From Haliotis rubra (Eukaryota), in contig NW_025766692.1 in the NCBI RefSeq assembly GCF_003918875.1, positions 248,001-312,000 on the forward strand: a stretch of 64,000 bases of DNA. Reading direction: 5' to 3'. Positions 25,364-38,005 of the stretch are shown piece after piece. Position numbers and translations under genes: made by a program. Each line of letters starts with the position of its first letter. The stretch's first letter is position 1. The notes beneath the pieces are model-generated. The model saw only the letters and a list, made by a program, of their open reading frames with translations, did not search any database and had not been told where the DNA came from.

Positions 25364-27741
25364 CCTGGGGCTCATACTATTAATTTTCAGGGGTCCTGGA
25401 CAACAAAATGGGGATCCCAGACACTTAAATATTCTTATTATTAATACTGTTATTGTATTGTGTATCATGATCATCACATTGTTACTGTAATTAAATTGCA
25501 AATAATACCATAACCCAGCCACTAGCAAACTCACTGATAACGTATTGTCACTTGATTGGAATTTTTACAAAAAGTATTTACACTTATTCTGAGTCCCTGT
25601 GGATGTGCAATAAATTTTGTTGTGTCCATTGTCAATTGCTATGTGTATAGGATGCAGGAATTCGCGCCCTGTAAGTCCCTGTCAGTTAATAAAATAAAAT
25701 AAAATTAAAACTTAACCTTGTTAGCTAATTAACTCTCATATGACAAATTTAACAAATTCAAACTAAGTTGAACATTTTCATGAAGTTCACAATGTTTTCA
25801 GCATTCTCAAAGTAAAAGACATCTTTAGTTTTCTTAGTAAATTAGGCAAGTAGTAACGGGATATATCATGTCTTGTGGCTATGCATCAATGTATCATGTA
25901 CTCTCGCGATATAAATATCCTGATATACGAGTATTGCCTAAATGTGTTTTGTATCGATGCACTCATATTGCGTAGTTGACGATGCAAACATCGATACTAA
26001 CGATGAATCGTTACATCACTAACGCCGCATTGCTCATGCTGAAAAATGAATCCAATTTTTTCTTAGGTTCAACAGCCAACCAGACAGTCTGCCATCTTCA
26101 TCATGCTCAACACAAAGTCATTAGTCAGTGTCTGAGGTTTGTTCGGAAGACATTTTGTTTTTATACTGGTCGTGTCGCATTAACACACTCAGAGAAGGGT
26201 ACGAGTGAATTTGGTTTTAAGCCGCTTTTAGCAATATTCCAGCAATAACATGGTAGCGGACACCAGAAATGGGCTTCACACATTGTACCCATGTGGGGAA
26301 TCAAACTCGGGTCTTCAGCGTGACGAGCGAACGCTTTAACCACTAGGCTGGCCCACCGCCCCCAGAGAAGGGTAAGAGTCAATGTGAAATATGAAGACGT
26401 TTTGGGTATACAAGACGGTGGTAAACAATACACAGGCCACAGACTTGCGAGGCTGATTCGTCTTTAGGTACTAGACGTGTAGGTTCATTATGCTGCTGTG
26501 GCATTATATTAGTGGCCTTTGAGCGTTACATTATTGAAACTATTAGAACATTGTAGTGTTTAGAGGTTAGACAATTAGCAGTATTTAGCGGTTTCATTCA
26601 AAGTTCATTTTCTTCACATAGAATCACTTCAAGAAAATCATGTTTAGTTGATTATAAATCATACATAGTTTCTCACTTGCAATAGTTATCACGTTTAGTT
26701 CCATGTTTAGTTCAAAATTAAGTTCTGGTTTTCAGTTACATTTTTAGACAGGCTCTGCACAAGTTTATTTCCACTGCGTAACTAGGCTCAGCAGTCATTT
26801 TATGTCATCTTATTTGGTGAGCGAGTTAGGTTAATTCCCCCTTTGAACAGACTTCCAGCAATGAAGCTTGAAGGCTTGCACATTTTGAACTGGTGCTGAA
26901 AAACATAACTACCCGGTAGGGGATGGGATTAATGGGATTAAAAGCCATGATCGTAGGGTTCTGGACAATCCATTCTGCGTTGTATGTTACGGTACATCCA
27001 ATCTGTGTATTGCACAATGCACGCATTGCATAGATTGGTTTTAACATATATACAGCACATTAGACTATATACCAAAAATAGAGACCATATACCAATAATA
27101 GCCAACATGTACAGAAAAAAAAGAAATTCAACATTACAGAGGAATAAATTTGATTCAGTAAATCTGGTTCAACAGTTTGAGAGAAGACAAAAAAACCTGT
27201 CTCAAATTATTGTCTGCATCCTCTGAAGCTGAGTGTTCAGTTTTACAAAGTTTTTAAAAAAAGAGGATTATATGAAAACCTAATAAATACCAAATCACAA
27301 GGAGAAATATACTTGTTCAACTTCCAGTTTTGGTCAGTTTCATAGGACATGGTTAAGTACCTACACTTTATCCAGAACTTCTAACAAATTATGCTGACAT
27401 AGTTTTGGAGAGTGAGTGAGTGGGTTTGGTTTTAGACTACTTTTAGCAATATTCCAGCAACATCACAGCGGGGGACACCAGAAATGGGCTTCACACATTG
27501 CACCCATGTGGGGAATCAAACCTGGGTCTTCATCATGATGACTGAACGTTTATAACCAGTAGGCTATCACTGCCACAGTGAGAGAAAGAGTGAGAGAAGG
27601 ACAGTGAAAAAGAAAGTATAAGATTTACTGAGCTTACTTTTTTATTACCATTATTTGGTTTTCAATTCATAGATGTCAAATGATAGTTGACGAGTTCACT
27701 TGGAACATGTTCGCAAAGACAGGAGAAAGGATGACATTATA

Positions 27742-27854
27742 TCAGCTGTAAACGCTGTCTCGATGGGTTTTTCATCACAGCACTCAAGGACAGCAGGCTA
27801 TCTTGAGAGACTGCCCACACGTCCGAATGCTCAGATTTGGCTAGTTGTCATCAT
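27742..27854 (-). ncRNA. Box C/D small (Cajal-body-type) RNA, mgU2-19/SCARNA9 5'-domain-like, copy 1
   Basis: Minus strand reads ATGATGA-caactagccaaat-CTGA-hairpin-GTGATGA-...-tttacag-CTGA. The guide UAGCCAAA pairs with U2 nt 16-23, placing G19 at the D'-5 position. Confidence 0.85.
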
Positions 27855-28325
27855 GGTGAGAGGAGAGGGAGGAGAGAAGGTGAGAAGAAAAAAATGAACG
27901 GACATAAGGAAGGGAAAGACTTCCGCCCGTATCCCCCCTTAAATTTCATTCTAGTCAAATCATATCACCTGAATACATGTTTCTCATCTGAAAAGTATGA
28001 GTTTTAACATGTTTCGTTAATTGTATCTGAACATGCTGAAAGGCATATTCAACTTAACTGCCACTCCAAGAAATTTTCCTCATCGTTAAAATTTACCCCA
28101 AGAGGTTTTTACATATACAGCTGCAAAAGAAATACAGGCATTATAAACCATAAAAATAGAGGTATGAGATTTCCCATTATGGGTTAGGGCTTAAATTTTT
28201 TTCAATTATGATTATGTGGGCTTTCATGATTCTACAGATGTCTACAAATTGTTAGTTAGGTCATATTACAGAACACGGGACATGTTCACAAAGACAAGAG
28301 AAAGGATGACATCATATCAGCTGTA

Positions 28326-28389
28326 CTGACTGACTGACTGAGTTTGGTTTTACGCCGCTTTTAGCAATATTCCCGCAATATCATGGCGG
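28326..28389 (-). mobile_element. 5'-truncated family A SINE tail inserted at the D box of C/D RNA copy 2
   Basis: 14-bp TSD TCATATCAGCTGTA at 28312-28325 and 28390-28403. Confidence 0.9.
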
Positions 28390-28394
28390 TCATA

Positions 28395-28507
28395 TCAGCT
28401 GTAAACGCTGTCTCGATGGGTTTTTCATCACAGCACTCAAGGACAGCAGGCTATCTTGAGAGACTGCCCACACGTCCGAATGCTCAGATTTGGCTAGTTG
28501 TCATCAT
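28395..28507 (-). ncRNA. Box C/D mgU2-19-like RNA, copy 2
   Basis: Core identical to copy 1; a SINE tail is inserted just 3' of the D box. Confidence 0.8.
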
Positions 28508-28793
28508 GGTGGATTAAAGAGTGAGAAGATACAAGGACATTAGTTTACACATATAGCTTTAGACATAAAGAAACATCAAAATCTCGCCAAGGTTCACTAA
28601 ATACAATGTTTATTCCTAATGCAGGATATTAACCAAAACAAACTTGCGTGATAACCTATATACCTATTGCGATATATTGAGAACGTAAGTGTTTGACATT
28701 GAATGTCACTAATTGTGCATGTCAATCCTATTTTCTACATCATAATCCCCTAAACATATATCCCGGTGTCAGGGGTTTTCGACGATGTAAGAC

Positions 28794-30345
28794 AACAAGA
28801 GTCATCAGAAGATGACATATCCCCCCGGCCCCCACATCTTTGAAAGAACAAATCATCTGACAGTTACTTAAAGTCCAGCTTGATTTTAGACTAAGTGCAA
28901 ATCGTTTCCATGGAAATCATGACAAAAATCTGCAAATAGCAAAAGGCACCACTTTGGGATCTGCCTCACATCGGCCAAGTTTTGCTGAAAGATATTAAGA
29001 AGTTTTCGCGTTGTGCTCCGGAAACAAAACCCATCCCTTCCTTTTTGAGACTAAGTTCGAATCATTTCCATGGAAACCGAGAAAATAATAAATCACAAAT
29101 ATCTGCAAATAGCAAAAGGCATCACTTAAACATCTGCCTCACATATCTGCCAAGTTTTGCTGAAAGATATAGAGAGGTTTTTGAGTTGTGCTCCGGAAAC
29201 GAAGCCCACCCCTCACTTTTGGGACTAAGTCCGAATCGTTTCCATGGAAACCGGAAAAATAAAAATGCCAAAAATCTGCAAATAGCAAAAGGCACCACTT
29301 AAGGTTCTGTTTGATATATCTACCAAGTCTTGTTGAAAAATATTGAACGGTTCTTGAGTTATGCTCCGGAAACGAAAGCAATCCTTACTTTTTGAGACTA
29401 AGTTCAAAATGTTTCCATGGAAACCGGGAAAAATAAAAATGCCAAAAATCGGCAAATAGCAAAAGGCACAACTTTAGGATCTGTTTCATACATCTACCAA
29501 GTTTTGTTGAAAAATATTGAACGGTTCTTGAGTTATGCTCTGGAAACGAAGCCCACCCCTCACTTTTGGGAATAAGTCCGAATCGTTTCCATGGAAACCG
29601 GGAAAAATAAAAATGCCAAAAATCTGCAAATAGCAAAAGGCACAACTTAAGGATCTGTTTGATATATCTACCAAGTTTTGTTGAAAAATATTGAATGGTT
29701 CTTGAGTTATGCTCCGGAAACGAAAGCAATCCTTACTTTTTGAGACTAAGTTCAAAATGTTTCCATGGAAACCGGGAAAAATAAAAATGCCAAAAATCGG
29801 CAAATAGCAAAAGGCACAACTTTAGGATCTGTTTCATACATCTACCAAGTTTTGTTGAAAAATATTGAACGGTTCTTGAGTTATGCTCCGGAAACGAAGC
29901 CCACCCCTCACTTTTGGGACTAAGTCCAAATCGTTTCCATGGAAACCGGGAAAAATAAAAATGCCAAAAATCTGTGAAATGCAAAAGGCACCACTTTAGG
30001 ATCTGTTTGATATATCTACCAAGTTTTGTTGAAAAATATTGAACGGTTCTTGAGTTATGCTCCGGAAACGAAGCCCACCCTTCTTTAAGACTAAGTCCAA
30101 AACGTTTCCATGGAAACCGAGAAAAATAAAAATGACAATTATCTGTAAATAGCAAAAGGCACCACCTTAGGTTATTTTTGACATATCTACCAATTTTGGT
30201 TAAAAAATATCGAACGGTCTTTGAGTTATGGTCCGGAAACAAAATGATTACGGACGGACGGACGGACGGACGGACGGACGGACGGACGGACAGACGTACG
30301 AGGCGACGACTATATCCCACCGCATTATATGCCGGTGGGATAAAA
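28794..30345. mobile_element. Helentron-associated (HINE/pearl-like) element with internal ~174-bp tandem array
   Basis: AACAAGAG start, about 8 internal units, (GGAC)n microsatellite, terminal hairpin TATCCCACCG...CGGTGGGATA. Relatives at about 5738-6230, 24760-25010 and 40771-41428. Confidence 0.8.
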
Positions 30346-31319
30346 ACGTAATTTTTATCTGTAATATCATTTAAAGTTTTTATTTTACTAACCTCGAGTG
30401 ATAAAGGATATATTCATCTATTTCACACAAAAATATCAAGTGTTTCCTACAAAAATAGCGTTGATGACATCGTATCAGCGAAACTGTTGCCGCTCGTAAC
30501 ATCTGGGTATTTTGTATGGGTTTTCGACGATGAGCCATACTTTTTGCTCCGCACTGCGAGTTGTGATCGCGTGGCTTCCTATTTATATATTGCCTGTCAC
30601 CAGCAGACGACTGATCTTACTGAATTTTCGCTCACGTACTCACCCGATATAGCGCAAGCAAGGCAATCGTCGAAATCACCAGAACGTCGAATTCAGCTCG
30701 TGTTGGGATATAACAGCTAATGTGATAACCGCAATCTCAAAATTAGGTTGCATAGTCATGGATTCTATTTTCTTTTTTTTATGCAATTTACAGTATTACA
30801 GTGTGCCATTTTGCCATTGAATGACAAAGGAAAACATTTGCTGTGAATGAAAGTATATGTAGATTTTAATTTAAACCATAAAGATAATTACAAAAAAAAC
30901 TTCATATATGTTATTTACCCAATATACCGGTTCTCAGAAAAAATATTGCAATACGTATCGTTTTAAAAGCGTCTTGCAATATACTGGTAATATACTGTGC
31001 AGTCCTACCTCTGATGACAAGCTGGGTTTACTGACCCATAATCTTAGGTTACCATTATGTTAGCCCTTGCATCGCACATTGTGTTGGACCATGTGTCACC
31101 CTTCGTGTCAGCCTTCCAGCAGGTTTTCTTGTTTAGTTTATACTTGAAACCTCAAAGGATGGGCCTGAAAAATACAATGTTCATACAGTGGAATTTAGAG
31201 GTAATCTTAGGCATAGAATGATAAAAACAAACGGGAGTTACAGGTGGAAATCTTTCCTATTTAGGATTGTGGTCCATTGTGTCAGCAAATATAGTCCTTA
31301 GAATGGCACACCTAGTAGA

Positions 31320-31790
31320 GACCGCATCGGAAGTACAATCACGCCGCCTGGTGGCGTGTTTACATAGAAACAGGTTTTGGTTTTCAGAATGGGTTCTGTG
31401 TTACGTTTATTATCACAACGTTAACACTATTGGAAAAAACATTCTTCAACACGTGAAGGTAGAAAATACATTCGATTCGGGTTTGGTGCCCACTGAAACC
31501 AGTTACAGTTGAATATTTGCCGCGATTTTGCAGTCGGACAGTGACAGAACGATGTGAACGTCCTTCATTGAGATATTCGTAAATGTATATACATAAACAT
31601 AACCATTGTCAGCATGTATATTTGATGGCAAACGCAAGTTGGATGTATAGACAAACGATTAAAACCATCCATGACTACATTTGAAGCGTTAAAGCGGCGC
31701 AAAGACACGATAAATAAAAGTTGAAAACTCCGCCCTCGTGGCCAAGATGGCCGACATGTTTATCTTAGATACGTGTTACTTGTCAGGTAT
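31320..31790. promoter_or_regulatory. CpG-enriched putative promoter
   Basis: ETS-like CGGAAGT (~31328); CTCF-like CGCCACCAGGCGGCG on the - strand (31342-31356); GC box and YY1-type CAAGATGGCCG (~31743) followed by a donor-like CAG|gtatt. Confidence 0.45.
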
Positions 31791-32331
31791 TTTAAGTTTA
31801 ATTTTTACTCTTTGCTGGTATTCTTGAGTTAAAACGCCAACTGGTAGTCATCTACAAACCGTGATGAGCTAACTGCACGATTTTGAAGCAACAATTCTTA
31901 TATTTATTCAGATTATTCTGAATATTCATCTCACAGAGACATTTGATTTTGATTTTGTGCAAATTCAGTTGAACACTGTGGAATGGATCGACAGGGAACA
32001 TTTCTTTTGGATGGCATATTGTTCTATGAACTAATGGTTTCAGGCAGAAACCTGGCATGCTTTTATGATTAGAAACAAGTTGCATGAAGCTGCAAGTGAA
32101 GTTGTGATGTTATGGCACCTGTGAGAAGTAATTAAGTTGAGACAATATAATTTTTTATTATTATCACATATACTGATGTTAACATCTGTGTCACTCTGCA
32201 TCAAATGTTACTCAAATGTTCCATTACTGCATCACATTTTCTGTTGCCTTTCAGTTCTTCCAAAACATGTATTTTCGACAATTCCTCACATTATTTATTA
32301 TTATTTATTTATTTTTGTTTTGTTTGTTTCC

Positions 32332-32572
32332 ACCGTGAAGATCCGGGTGAGTTAGAATTGATCTTCAGTCACCCATGAGTCGTATGAGTCGACTACCGGG
32401 ATCGGGCAGTCAGGCTTGCTGAGTTGGTTGACACATGTAATCGGTTCCAAATTGCTAAGACGGATGCTCATGCTGTTGATCACTGGATTGTCTGGTCCAG
32501 ACTCGGATTATTTACAGACCACCGCCATATAGCTGGAATATTGCTGGGTGCGGCATATAACTAAACTCACTC
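32332..32572 (+). mobile_element. V-domain SINE (RUDI-like), representative copy
   Basis: Family consensus CCCATGCTTGTCGTAAGAGGCGACTAA (V-SINE-like core) and the shared LINE-type tail. Other copies at about 3940-4142, 8887-9110, 12510-12737, 20310-20546, 22530-22750, 35432-35648, 40552-40770, 44018-44230, 44826-45030, 46338-46460 and 62356-62567. Confidence 0.8.
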
Positions 32573-33589
32573 TCCCATTTGTAAAGTTTCTTGTCTGATC
32601 AAGAAATCATTGAGACTGCCATTAATGTGAAAGAGATGGACAAAATATTTTTGTTCTTATTGCTGTTAATACTTCATCATTCATAGGGGTCTGTGACAAG
32701 AATAATATAATCAGTAAATTTTGTAAAGTAGGACAGATCTATATGAAGACAATCTGACCACGGGTATGATTTTTGGCTTTAATGCCCAGTTTAGTTATCA
32801 TTAGGGGTAAATTGCATATTTAAATGTTTCACCCTGCTGTCATTCATATGTCAATAATTAAATGTGCTTTTAATCAAAGTCTAATTTATATGTGTTGTCA
32901 AGTGTTGTGATCATTTGCAAATAATTTCTTTCTGTCTATGTTCAGTTGGGACAAGCACTTCCGGCGCATCAACAGAATAAAAAGGTTCTTAAAATGTCAA
33001 TAACAGCAGTTTCCAATTTTTTTGTCATTTGTTGAATTATGTGAAGAACAGAGTTATCTGCCCCTTGTTCTTTATTACTCTCTAATTAGGGTATGGGGAC
33101 TTGTTAAATTTTTTTCCATTTTTTATTTCATTTGTCTCACTCATCAGATTGGAAATAGTATCCAAGTTAGGTTTTATTTATACCTCTCAAAAATGGTTTG
33201 CGGTCTCTACACCTAGCCCACTGAGTAGGGTAAGTTGTGACAGTTCAAAGTGCAGGTTCATGAACTTCATCAATGATTTTCAAGAATTCAATGATTTATC
33301 TTAAACTTTTCTAATTTGATAATTTGCTCTATATTCGAGAGAAAAATCATTTATAGAAATATTACAATTCAACAGACTTGCATCTCAGTTCATAATGTTC
33401 ATCAAATAACATTTTTACAACTGACCCAAACTTACATCTTGAAAAGAAATTGGTCTTGGGGGACAAACTTGAAATCTAATATGTCACTAACAACAATTTC
33501 AAACGGAATCCAACATTCTAAAACGTACTTCTCACTTACTTCAACAGGAACATGTCACTTATATTTTTCCAGCCAACAACAAACTTGAA

Positions 33590-34720
33590 TAGTCACGTGC
33601 TTCGGCTCGTGCTCCAGTTGAAAAGCATGCAACCCGCGTTTGCAGTTGTGTGCTTGAATTATCTCCCTTGCATTCAGTCCCTATCTTTCACGGTCCCTTG
33701 ATAGAAGCGCAGTAGATCGTGTTGACCTCCTCTCGGGGCATTTACTGGTTTAGTTATGCCAGATGTGTAAACGGTTACATGTTTGGATGATGACTAAATG
33801 CCACACATGTCAAATAAAATAAATAAACAGTTACGCAAGCAATATATCAAGAATCATATATATCTTAGACACTGATTACTGATATCAGAAGACTAAAAAG
33901 AGGTTATCCTAATAAATAGCTATCCTTTTACGGGCACATCCAGGAGATTAGATGAATCATTTCCTCGACTAGTTGTCAATACTTGTTTCTGAATAGACTG
34001 GTTCAGGATTTTAGCGCTTGGGATAAGTTTTTATTCTCGAAATGGAGCTGCTCTAACATCCCTCAGCAAGCAGCAGTTATGGAAGAGTTATCGGTCTTGA
34101 TACATCCATTGTCGTAACAAATACGGCAAACCATTATATACCAAAATGCATGTTCATGTTGGAGAGCCGGAGAATCAAATACAGATTCTGGTTCTGGGAT
34201 GACTTTCATCTCGCTTTTTAACTTACTAAACTTACATATGCATTCAATATGTCGTGAAATACATGGAGACGCGACCTCTTTATGACAACCAGAATCCGCA
34301 TGCTAATGCCATCCTGAATTTTTGTGTTTTGGACATCGAGGAGACCTGGTCAAAATGAATATTCGCTGCGCCACTGTGAGTAATTTCGCACAGATATTTA
34401 CATATACGTTTGTGTGATCGTCACTTTGGAACAAACGATTGTCCATCCAAAGCGATGGTGCGAATATTTCTATCAGACACCCAGTATTCGCGCACAGGCA
34501 AAGCATTTGTTCTAGTTTTAGCTTCCGAAACAGGTTGACACAAACAACTTAATTAACATACTCCCGAAAACACCAGCCGGGAAATATAATGTTGTATGTA
34601 CAACGAGCGGTTTACGGTAATTAGCAGCCGAGAGCCGCGAGAAATCATTTATATTTGTAGTGAATTTTGTATCCTTGTATTGTTGGTTTCCGGTTTCTTT
34701 TAACCTGCTTCAGAAACATT
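33590..34720. promoter_or_regulatory. NAA10 promoter region (possibly bidirectional)
   Basis: CpG-rich stretch surrounding NAA10 coding exon 1. Confidence 0.55.
34355..34375 (+). CDS. NAA10: N-alpha-acetyltransferase 10 (NatA catalytic subunit), coding exon 1
   Basis: caaaATG AAT ATT CGC TGC GCC ACT|gtgagt = MNIRCAT, matching the conserved MNIRxA N-terminus. Confidence 0.92.
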
Positions 34721-34839
34721 CGCCCTAATCACACGAATTACTATAAAATAAAAGACAACGTTTTCTCTTGAACAAGCCATCAGTGACCCCGTTGTCACAA
34801 TGTCTGTGTGACCTAACACACCTATTTTCAATTGAGTAG

Positions 34840-35073
<234 letters not shown>

Positions 35074-35078
35074 TGATT

Positions 35079-35319
35079 CAGGGGTGGAAATAACTTTAAA
35101 ATTGGTAGTGTACTCCGGTACAGTGGCACATGTAAAATCACTTGCCCTGATAATTTTTCCACTATACCGGCCGTTTTCTTGTTGATTTTTTAAATAAACA
35201 ACATAATTAATATTGGAAAGTCAACTGGACACCGGTACAGTGTGATATACAAATTTGCTCGCCCGACAGACAAAAACCACTGGACTCGGGCGTTGGGCAA
35301 TGGGTTATTTCCACCCCTG
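35079..35319. mobile_element. MITE, hAT5-like, in NAA10 intron 2
   Basis: CAGGGGTGGAAATAAC...GTTATTTCCACCCCTG, TSD TGATT. Confidence 0.85.
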
Positions 35320-36195
35320 TGATTATATACATTTAAGATGCACATTAGTCAAGATGTGGTGATATGTAATCACTTTTGGGTTAGAATTAAAACACCATAC
35401 CAATTAAATAATATGCTAGAATGTTTTGTCCATTGTTTAACGCCACAGCCATCAATATTCCAGTCATGTGATGGCAGTCTGTAAACATGGTATTTAAGCA
35501 CCAGACAATCCAGTGATTGACGTCATGGGCATGAATCTACACATTTGAGTTACAATGGCATGCATCAACCTAATCAGCGAGCCTTATCTTGTTGGTTGCC
35601 TCTTACAACAAGCATGGATTGGCTGAAGATCAGTTCCAACCAAGATTTTCCGCTTGCCAGCTAGAATGGTTAAGGGGGTACTTATTTTGACCTGATAAAG
35701 GTTAAAATGTTGGGAGGTCCTTAAATTCAACATCAATAGTTTCAAACATAGACTAACGCTTAGTCTCTGAATATATATAATTTTGACAGTAGCAAATAAA
35801 CCCATTTGAATTGAATATAGGCACCCCAGTGAGATGAAGCTGAGGAAATATAGACTTTCTTCATTTAGGGCTTTAGAATTGCAGGGAGTGCCAGGCAGTA
35901 GGGAAAATAATGTGGGACAGGGACTTTGCGACAGTGTGTTGTAATCACTGCATTAATGTACACCACCTATTGCCTATTCAGCAACCTCTGTTCATCGCAA
36001 GAGGCTACTTAATGGATCAGATGGTGAGACTAGGGGCTTGGCTGTCTATCTATTCTATTTGTGAAATTACTGAAAAAGTGATCATTGATCTTTGTAGATG
36101 AAAGTTGTAGTTTCTGGTTGTACTTACATGAACAGCTTAATTTAAACATCGTAACTGGATATAATTTAGTTTTTAATTCCTGTTTTGTCTTCCAG

Positions 36196-36254
36196 TTGTC
36201 CTACGTAGCCGAAGATGAAAACGGAAAAGTTGTCGGATATGTCCTAGCAAAAAT
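36196..36254 (+). CDS. NAA10: NAA10 exon 3
   Basis: LSYVAEDENGKVVGYVLAK(M); ttccag| and |gtaagc. Confidence 0.97.
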
Positions 36255-36661
36255 GTAAGCATCTCCATTTCGCACTACAGTGTTGACAAGTGTGAGAGTC
36301 ACTGTCAGACTGTGTTCTTATCCTTTGGTCAGCATGTTCTAGTATATGGACTGATTAAGTTCCAAAATGCTCAACAATTTTACCTGAATTTGGTAATATA
36401 ATCATGGTAAAAGAACTTCACATCCAAAATCATATTAATGTGATGTTTTCACCAAAATAACTGCCATGGTAGTCTAAATACTCTACACGTTGTGTGCATG
36501 CAAATGTTCAGCATTGTCCAGTTGCTGTTACAGTTGTAGTTGCTGCTGCTGCTTTTGTTGTTGTTGCACTGAAAGTTAGTTATGGTAAAATTGGTCTTAA
36601 TAATAAACATGATATAATTGTTTGTGTATATCCTCAAGAGTTTAGATAGATCTCTTTCTAG

Positions 36662-36710
36662 GGAGGAGGATCCGGAGGACTCGGTGCCACACGGACACAT
36701 CACATCTCTG
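36662..36710 (+). CDS. NAA10: NAA10 exon 4
   Basis: EEDPEDSVPHGHITSL; ttctag| and |gtacgt. Confidence 0.96.
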
Positions 36711-37075
36711 GTACGTAACCATGGTAACACAGTCTTTGATCATGGTGGAATGATACATTTATTCTTTTCCTTCCTTCCTTCTGGATTCTCCTCATGTGCT
36801 AAATATTCAGACAGTAACCACACTAGACTAACATCTAGTCTCTGAAATGAACATACATTACAGAAAAATGGTTCCTAAATTATGTTCCTAAAATATAATA
36901 ACAAGGAACCGAGAGAATTTCTTCATTTTCAGGGACTTAACAAATCTGAGATATTTGATTTTCATTTCCATTACCAGCTCATCAATGTTACTATTTGTTT
37001 TTACCCCTAAATGCCTAAAAAGAAATAGATATCAACCACCTCTCCTTACCAGAGTAACAATGATAAAACTCAAGA

Positions 37076-37240
37076 CTGACTGACTGAGTTTGGTTTTACG
37101 CCGCTTTTAGCAATATTCCTGCAACATCACGGCGGGGGACACCAGAAATGGGCTTCACACATTGTACCCATGTGGGGATTCGAACCCGGTCTTCGGCGTG
37201 ACGAGACAACGCTTTAACCACTAGGCTACCCCACCGCCCT
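37076..37240 (-). mobile_element. Family A SINE, full length, with TSD
   Basis: Flanked by the direct repeat TAAAACTCAAGA. Confidence 0.9.
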
Positions 37241-37559
37241 TAAAACTCAAGAAAATAGAGATATGTCACAATGTTTTATATGAATCCTACATGTTGTCGG
37301 AGTGGGGACGGAGATTGGCAGGGGCCAGCGAGGGAGCAGGAGGTCTGGGCTCAGTCTGGGGTCTTGGGGAGTTCTGGGGAGCTTCCATGTGCTAATACTA
37401 AACGCTGTTGACAGCTAGAGATTAACTGATAATTACAAGCACTGTCGTCGCGTGAATTCATCAGATTTGTACAGACCCTAAAACTGTGGTTATCTTGACT
37501 TGCCACATATTCTAGAGTTTCACGGGCTGTATTGAATATATTTGTTTCAGGGTCTGCAC

Positions 37560-38005
37560 TAGTGGTGGTCCGATTAATTGAAATAATCGAAGATTGGTCG
37601 CAATGACAAAACGACCAAGCAATCGATCATGTTTTCTCATAATCGAACACAAACAATTTTGGACCACTTGTTTGCAATAACAATATTTTTCAAAAGGTTG
37701 ATTTTGTCTCGACATTGCATAAGCACTACAAGCTCGTTCCAAGTCATGATTAAGTTTATCTTAACAACTCCAGGAAATGTATGTTCCTAACACACTAGTC
37801 ATCCTTTAAAGATGTGAAATTTTCAAATGCATTTTGTGCAATTTGCGGAAAAACCCGAGAACTACATGTTTTTCTTTATTTTTTGTGCATTAACAAACAT
37901 AACCAGGAAAGTTTGATAAATGATGCTAACCAATTATTTTCGATGATTGATCGGTTGTAATGAACCAATCATCAATTATGAGATTTACACCAATTCCCAA
38001 CACTA
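37560..38005. mobile_element. Non-autonomous hAT-like element
   Basis: TAGTG...CACTA termini, perfect 8-bp TSD GTCTGCAC. Confidence 0.75.

Noticed and set aside
27700-27897. + strand ORF repeated at 58153-58383 (KDDIISAVNAVSMGF...)
   Set aside because: Antisense translation of the C/D RNA; variation falls in the RNA hairpin loop and no splice context supports an exon
31861-31921. GTGATGA...CTGA snoRNA-like spacing on the + strand
   Set aside because: No C' box, terminal stem or recognisable guide
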